Positions 60,293 to 64,000 of a stretch of 64,000 bases of DNA are shown here, in pieces. Numbering within the stretch: position 1 is the stretch's first letter; each line of letters begins with the position of its first letter. This stretch comes from a virus. The notes beneath the pieces were generated by a model that saw nothing but the letters and a program-made list of their open reading frames with translations, was not told where the DNA came from and ran no database searches. The stretch spans positions 1 through 64,000 of IMG/VR virus record IMGVR_UViG_3300023184_006193; one strand, given 5' to 3'. Both the position numbers and the translations under genes were made by a program.

Positions 60293-61863
60293 GGATTATT
60301 ATATGAATCTGTTGTGTTAATGTATAAATTATATTTTCCAAAATAATATAAAAATAAACTCAATGGATATTCATGAAGCGGAGACATATTTAGCCAAATA
60401 AGAGAGGTTAAGATATTTATCTTTTTTTGATTTAAGTTATTGTTTTTTATGAATATATTAAATATTTTTTGACAATCACATAGATTATTGCTTCTTAAGA
60501 TATCGCAAAATATTTTATTATTTTCATTTTTTATAAAAAATAAATTCTTGTTAATAATATCATGATTTAATACTAAGCTATGGTTTAATTTTGCTAAATC
60601 ATAATATTTATCACCATATTCGATATTACCACCGAAATCTTGTCTCCAATCAATAAGTTTAAATTTATTTTTATTATAAATAATATTATCTAAGATAAAA
60701 TCTCCATGAAATTTAGAAGCTTCGTCATTGCATAATGATTCAAAATCTATGGATTTTATTAAATCTAAAGTTTTTGGTATTTTAATCCCGTTAATTGTTT
60801 CTTCGTTATCTAATATATTATGCTTTATTAATGTCTTATTTACTCTTTCTATAGTTTTGTCTTTATAAAAAAATTGACATATTTTTTTAAACTCTATTCC
60901 TGCGTCAGCTTTTATCCAAAGATTATCTTTAGCGAAATTTAATAATTTATTGAACTTTTGAGTATCTATTACTTTTGATAAAACTTCACCATTTGCTATT
61001 GAATATTTATAGAAATTATTTTTATAGGCTAAAATTTCTGGACATGTATCGTTTAAATGTCTTACTCTTAAAACTCTATTTTTACAAATCTTTTCATCAT
61101 GAAAAAATTTTATAACAAATTTATCAAAAATAAAAATTGATTCATCTGATTTATCTAGGATTTCAAATTTATCTTTACATTTTTTTCTAGATTCATTTAG
61201 GGAATCAACGTTTCCAATATCTAACCAAGAATTAAATTCTTTATAAGTAAAGTCTTTTTCCTTAAGCATTTCTTCTATTACATGACAATCTGATAATGAA
61301 TTATCATTTTTTCTTTTATTTAAAATATCATCTAAAATTTTCCAAAAAAGTTTATAATCTTTAATCCCACATAGACCTATATAGTCGTAATCATAATTAA
61401 TTTGACCCTTTTCATTAATTCTTACTATTTTATTTTTTTGAATATCAAAACTCCTGTATTGTGCGGAGTTTTTTTGTTTTGCTCCAGCAAGCCAATTTTG
61501 ATTTAAATTGGGAATTTTTTCAGTAATGATTGTATCGCTTGCATTAAAAATAAATTTACATTGTAAATATTTCTTGGCACAACTAATTGAATATAATAGA
61601 CTGCTACCTTCTCCTTCATATTTATCTACTCTAACAAATTCAAATTTTTTGCTAGGATAGGCTAGTGTTAAGAAATCTTTTACTTGATCGCCAAAATGAC
61701 CTAATGTTACAACTATTGTTATATCGTCTGGATAGCTTTCAACAATATATGATAAAGCTGGTTTTTTTCCAATCCTTACTAGGGATTTATTTGTAAATTT
61801 TGTTAAATCACCTAATCTGCTACCTATTCCACTTGTTGTTACTAATACTTTATAGTCTGCCAT
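60289..61863 (-). CDS. Fused nucleotidyltransferase + APH/choline-kinase-like sugar kinase
   Basis: SGIGSRLG...NKSL, WLDIG; C-half FHGDFILDNI, LIDWR, YYDLAK. Confidence 0.85.
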   Translation of the reverse strand: MADYKVLVTTSGIGSRLGDLTKFTNKSLVRIGKKPALSYIVESYPDDITIVVTLGHFGDQVKDFLTLAYPSKKFEFVRVDKYEGEGSSLLYSISCAKKYLQCKFIFNASDTIITEKIPNLNQNWLAGAKQKNSAQYRSFDIQKNKIVRINEKGQINYDYDYIGLCGIKDYKLFWKILDDILNKRKNDNSLSDCHVIEEMLKEKDFTYKEFNSWLDIGNVDSLNESRKKCKDKFEILDKSDESIFIFDKFVIKFFHDEKICKNRVLRVRHLNDTCPEILAYKNNFYKYSIANGEVLSKVIDTQKFNKLLNFAKDNLWIKADAGIEFKKICQFFYKDKTIERVNKTLIKHNILDNEETINGIKIPKTLDLIKSIDFESLCNDEASKFHGDFILDNIIYNKNKFKLIDWRQDFGGNIEYGDKYYDLAKLNHSLVLNHDIINKNLFFIKNENNKIFCDILRSNNLCDCQKIFNIFIKNNNLNQKKINILTSLIWLNMSPLHEYPLSLFLYYFGKYNLYINTTDSYNNP

Positions 61864-62197
61864 AATCGTCTTGAACCCTGATAACGTCATCTAAATGATT
61901 TGTTGAGCATTCTAAATATAGGGCATCAGTAATACCTTCCATTCTATGCACCATTTTAGTTGGAACACAAAAATGATCTCCAGGATTTAATTCTATTATA
62001 TTTAAATTATCTTTATCGTTTCCATAATAGAATCTTAATTTTCCTTCTAAAACAATAAACGTCTCATGTTTAAAATCGTGATATTGTAAACTGCACTTCT
62101 TATCTTTACGCATCAATAATCTTTTTACTACATAAAATTGATTTTGTTCCAATAACTCTTCGTATCCCCAGGGTTTTTCTATTTTAGATATTAACAT
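61850..62197 (-). CDS. Cupin, type II phosphomannose isomerase-like
   Basis: KPWG, SLQYH..KHETF, VHR, DDVIRVQDDYGR. Confidence 0.85.
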   Translation of the reverse strand: MLISKIEKPWGYEELLEQNQFYVVKRLLMRKDKKCSLQYHDFKHETFIVLEGKLRFYYGNDKDNLNIIELNPGDHFCVPTKMVHRMEGITDALYLECSTNHLDDVIRVQDDYGRL

Positions 62198-62537
62198 TTT
62201 TAATTCCTTCATTTCTTTTTAAATTAAACGCAATAGCAGTATCATCTTCTGATGATACTTTCTTGTCATTTATTAAAATTCTTTTTCCATTTCCTACTCC
62301 CATTATTAGTAGATCATAAAAAATCCCAGCTTTTGATAATTGATTTTCTGTATATTTTCTTACGCCCTCTCTCCTGCCTGTTAATAATATTAGTCTATAC
62401 CCTTTTCTATCCCATTCTTTTAATTTTTCTAAAGTACCATCCAGTAGATTTAAATCATCAATATGTTGTTTGCATATATCTCCTTTGTGCTCAATTAAAG
62501 TTCCATCGATATCGCAAATAATTGTATTTGGGCCCAT
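62184..62537 (-). CDS. Capless HAD-family phosphatase
   Basis: CDIDGT, LTGR, YDLLIMG, INDK. Confidence 0.85.
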   Translation of the reverse strand: MGPNTIICDIDGTLIEHKGDICKQHIDDLNLLDGTLEKLKEWDRKGYRLILLTGRREGVRKYTENQLSKAGIFYDLLIMGVGNGKRILINDKKVSSEDDTAIAFNLKRNEGIKNVNI

Positions 62538-62538
62538 A

Positions 62539-63159
62539 TTATTCTTTCATTCTGCATGCCCAAACAGCTTTAGATAATTCTTCTTGCATGAAGGGTTTAA
62601 GATTGTATTTTTCACATGCTCCAGTTATGTCTGATTCTTTTATTTCTTGACCATCCCATATTTTGCCTTTAAAATTTGTTTCAAAATTTTCTACTGTATC
62701 TATATAATCATGAGCCAATATAATGTCTCCACTTTTTAGAAATTCAGAAAATAAATTAAATTCTACTTTTTTATCTCCTCCATCACAAAATACAATAGAT
62801 GTGCCTTCCATTTGAATAAGATTTTTAACATTTTTAATCGTTTCTTCTTCGAAAATATTAGCTTGTATAAATTTTATATCTAGGGATTTTATAAGTTCTC
62901 TTCCATCTTTCGTATCGCCATCTCTACCTGATAAGTTCCAATCTGTAAAATCATAAGTATACAATTCACAATTATTAGGTACGATTGGATGTTTTTTTAA
63001 GAAAACCGTGAAACCTCCACAGCATGTACCGAGTTCTATAATTCTTGATGGTAGTTTATTTAATTCTTTTAGTTTATTGAAAAATTTATCAAATGCTTTG
63101 AACATATTAACTGATTGACCTGCATGTAAACCTTCTATAATTTGTGGTTGAAAACTCAT
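62539..63159 (-). CDS. SAM methyltransferase (CmcI/Methyltransf_24-like)
   Basis: IIELGT..GG, YTYD, FCDGG, GDIILAHD; AAGGAG RBS. Confidence 0.8.
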   Translation of the reverse strand: MSFQPQIIEGLHAGQSVNMFKAFDKFFNKLKELNKLPSRIIELGTCCGGFTVFLKKHPIVPNNCELYTYDFTDWNLSGRDGDTKDGRELIKSLDIKFIQANIFEEETIKNVKNLIQMEGTSIVFCDGGDKKVEFNLFSEFLKSGDIILAHDYIDTVENFETNFKGKIWDGQEIKESDITGACEKYNLKPFMQEELSKAVWACRMKE

Positions 63160-63168
63160 TTTACTCCT

Positions 63169-63921
63169 TTATTTTTTCTTTAATACAACAAGATTTAATG
63201 GACAAAGGTCTGTTCCTTCTAGGGTTTCTAAATTTTGTTGTAAAAAATTATAGTCGATTTTTTCTGGAGATATTAATTCTACTTCTAATAAATTTTCATT
63301 TTGCTTTATAAACGATAAGTATGATTCTAAATTCCAATTATTTTGCCCAGTTATTTGTTCGAATAAAATAATATATCCATTTTTATTTAATTTTGGAAAT
63401 ATAGTGCTTGTTATAGATAGGCTATCGTGAATCCCTTCTGGAGCACCAATGCCAATATGCTGAAACACATAAGAAGAAAATATAAGATCATATTTATTTT
63501 TTAAAATTTCATGATCGATCTCTTGAGATGTATAATGAGTTTCTTTTGAATTCTTCCAGTATTTATTGTTATAAAATAAATTTAAGGCTTCTTTCGATAT
63601 GTCAAATCCAAAATATTTTATATGCTTTGTATTATACTCTTCTTTTCCAAAAAATTGAGCATTTCTTCCGCACCCACAACCAATTTCTAAAACATTTTTG
63701 GATCTATCTATTAGATCTCCATAGAATTTTGTAAGTTTTTTTTGTTTAAAATCTATTGGCGTAAAAGTTGGATGTCTAATAGAATGTATAGCATCTTCAA
63801 AGTCTTTATATAAAGTTTGGTATGGTATTCCTTTATCGCTGTCTAAGTCAAAATTAATAAATTCAGATTTTTCATAAGGATCATTTTTATCTAAATTATT
63901 TGTTAGGTTTTTTAATTTCAT
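63169..63921 (-). CDS. Class I SAM methyltransferase
   Basis: VLEIGCGCGR, GFDIS, YDLIFS..VFQHI, GYIIL. Confidence 0.88.
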   Translation of the reverse strand: MKLKNLTNNLDKNDPYEKSEFINFDLDSDKGIPYQTLYKDFEDAIHSIRHPTFTPIDFKQKKLTKFYGDLIDRSKNVLEIGCGCGRNAQFFGKEEYNTKHIKYFGFDISKEALNLFYNNKYWKNSKETHYTSQEIDHEILKNKYDLIFSSYVFQHIGIGAPEGIHDSLSITSTIFPKLNKNGYIILFEQITGQNNWNLESYLSFIKQNENLLEVELISPEKIDYNFLQQNLETLEGTDLCPLNLVVLKKK

Positions 63922-63925
63922 ATGA

Positions 63926-64000
63926 CTAATTTTGTTTAATTGAATTATATATTTTTTTATGTATTTTATCTATAATAAAATTAGCTTGGGCTTTTTGGCT
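63926..64000 (-). CDS. 3' end of an upstream gene (partial)
   Basis: Open minus-strand frame SQKAQANFIIDKIHKKIYNSIKQN* ending 4 nt before the next ATG. Confidence 0.35.
   Translation of the reverse strand, partial: SQKAQANFIIDKIHKKIYNSIKQN

Noticed and set aside
3138-63734. Short antisense or overlapping ORFs in the track (e.g. 3138-3491, 6804-7154, 19867-20100, 25060-25341, 50354-50629)
   Set aside because: They are shadows of long genes on the other strand or frame, with no RBS, promoter or recognisable motifs.
51057-63921. Host O-antigen/capsule locus flanking a prophage
   Set aside because: The genes overlap continuously into phage genes with similar composition; no att site, integrase or membrane/export components seen. 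Cannot be fully excluded without flanking sequence.
1-64000. Stop-codon reassignment as seen in some large phages
   Set aside because: Genes are full-length and tightly packed under code 11; TAA, TGA and TAG all end genes.

Overview
The window is a segment of a large, AT-rich, lytic tailed bacteriophage (Caudoviricetes, siphovirus-type tail). It reads cleanly in genetic code 11, and I see no host housekeeping genes, rRNA, tRNA, CRISPR or integrase. Layout: (1) + strand, 1-26.5 kb: BspA-type LRR protein, endolysin, an unlisted small lipoprotein, head protease/scaffold, decoration protein, major capsid, two long fibre proteins, a GT9-like glycosyltransferase, head-tail joining proteins, tail tube, chaperones and a 2256-aa tape measure protein. 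(2) - strand, 26.5-34.9 kb: a lambda-like M-L-K-I-J tail-tip block inverted relative to the tape measure gene, with a second tail-tube paralog transcribed divergently. (3) - strand, 35.7-51 kb: replication/recombination genes, including a DnaE split into separate PHP and polymerase-core genes with an exonuclease gene between them, plus primase, DnaB, RecA-like, Cas4-like nuclease, ThyX and a split GT4/GT9 pair. (4) - strand, 51-64 kb: a cluster of 15 or more sugar-nucleotide, glycosyltransferase and methyltransferase genes. Most notable signals: strong [S/T]-G dipeptide enrichment in exposed virion proteins alongside this glycosylation machinery (candidate phage-encoded virion O-glycosylation system); a GTGTAA candidate late-promoter element, often 8-9 nt before start codons, versus sigma70-type promoters on replication genes; tandem AAGG leader motifs; and a candidate NDP-ketose pathway. 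All product calls come from motif recognition by eye; no database search was run.
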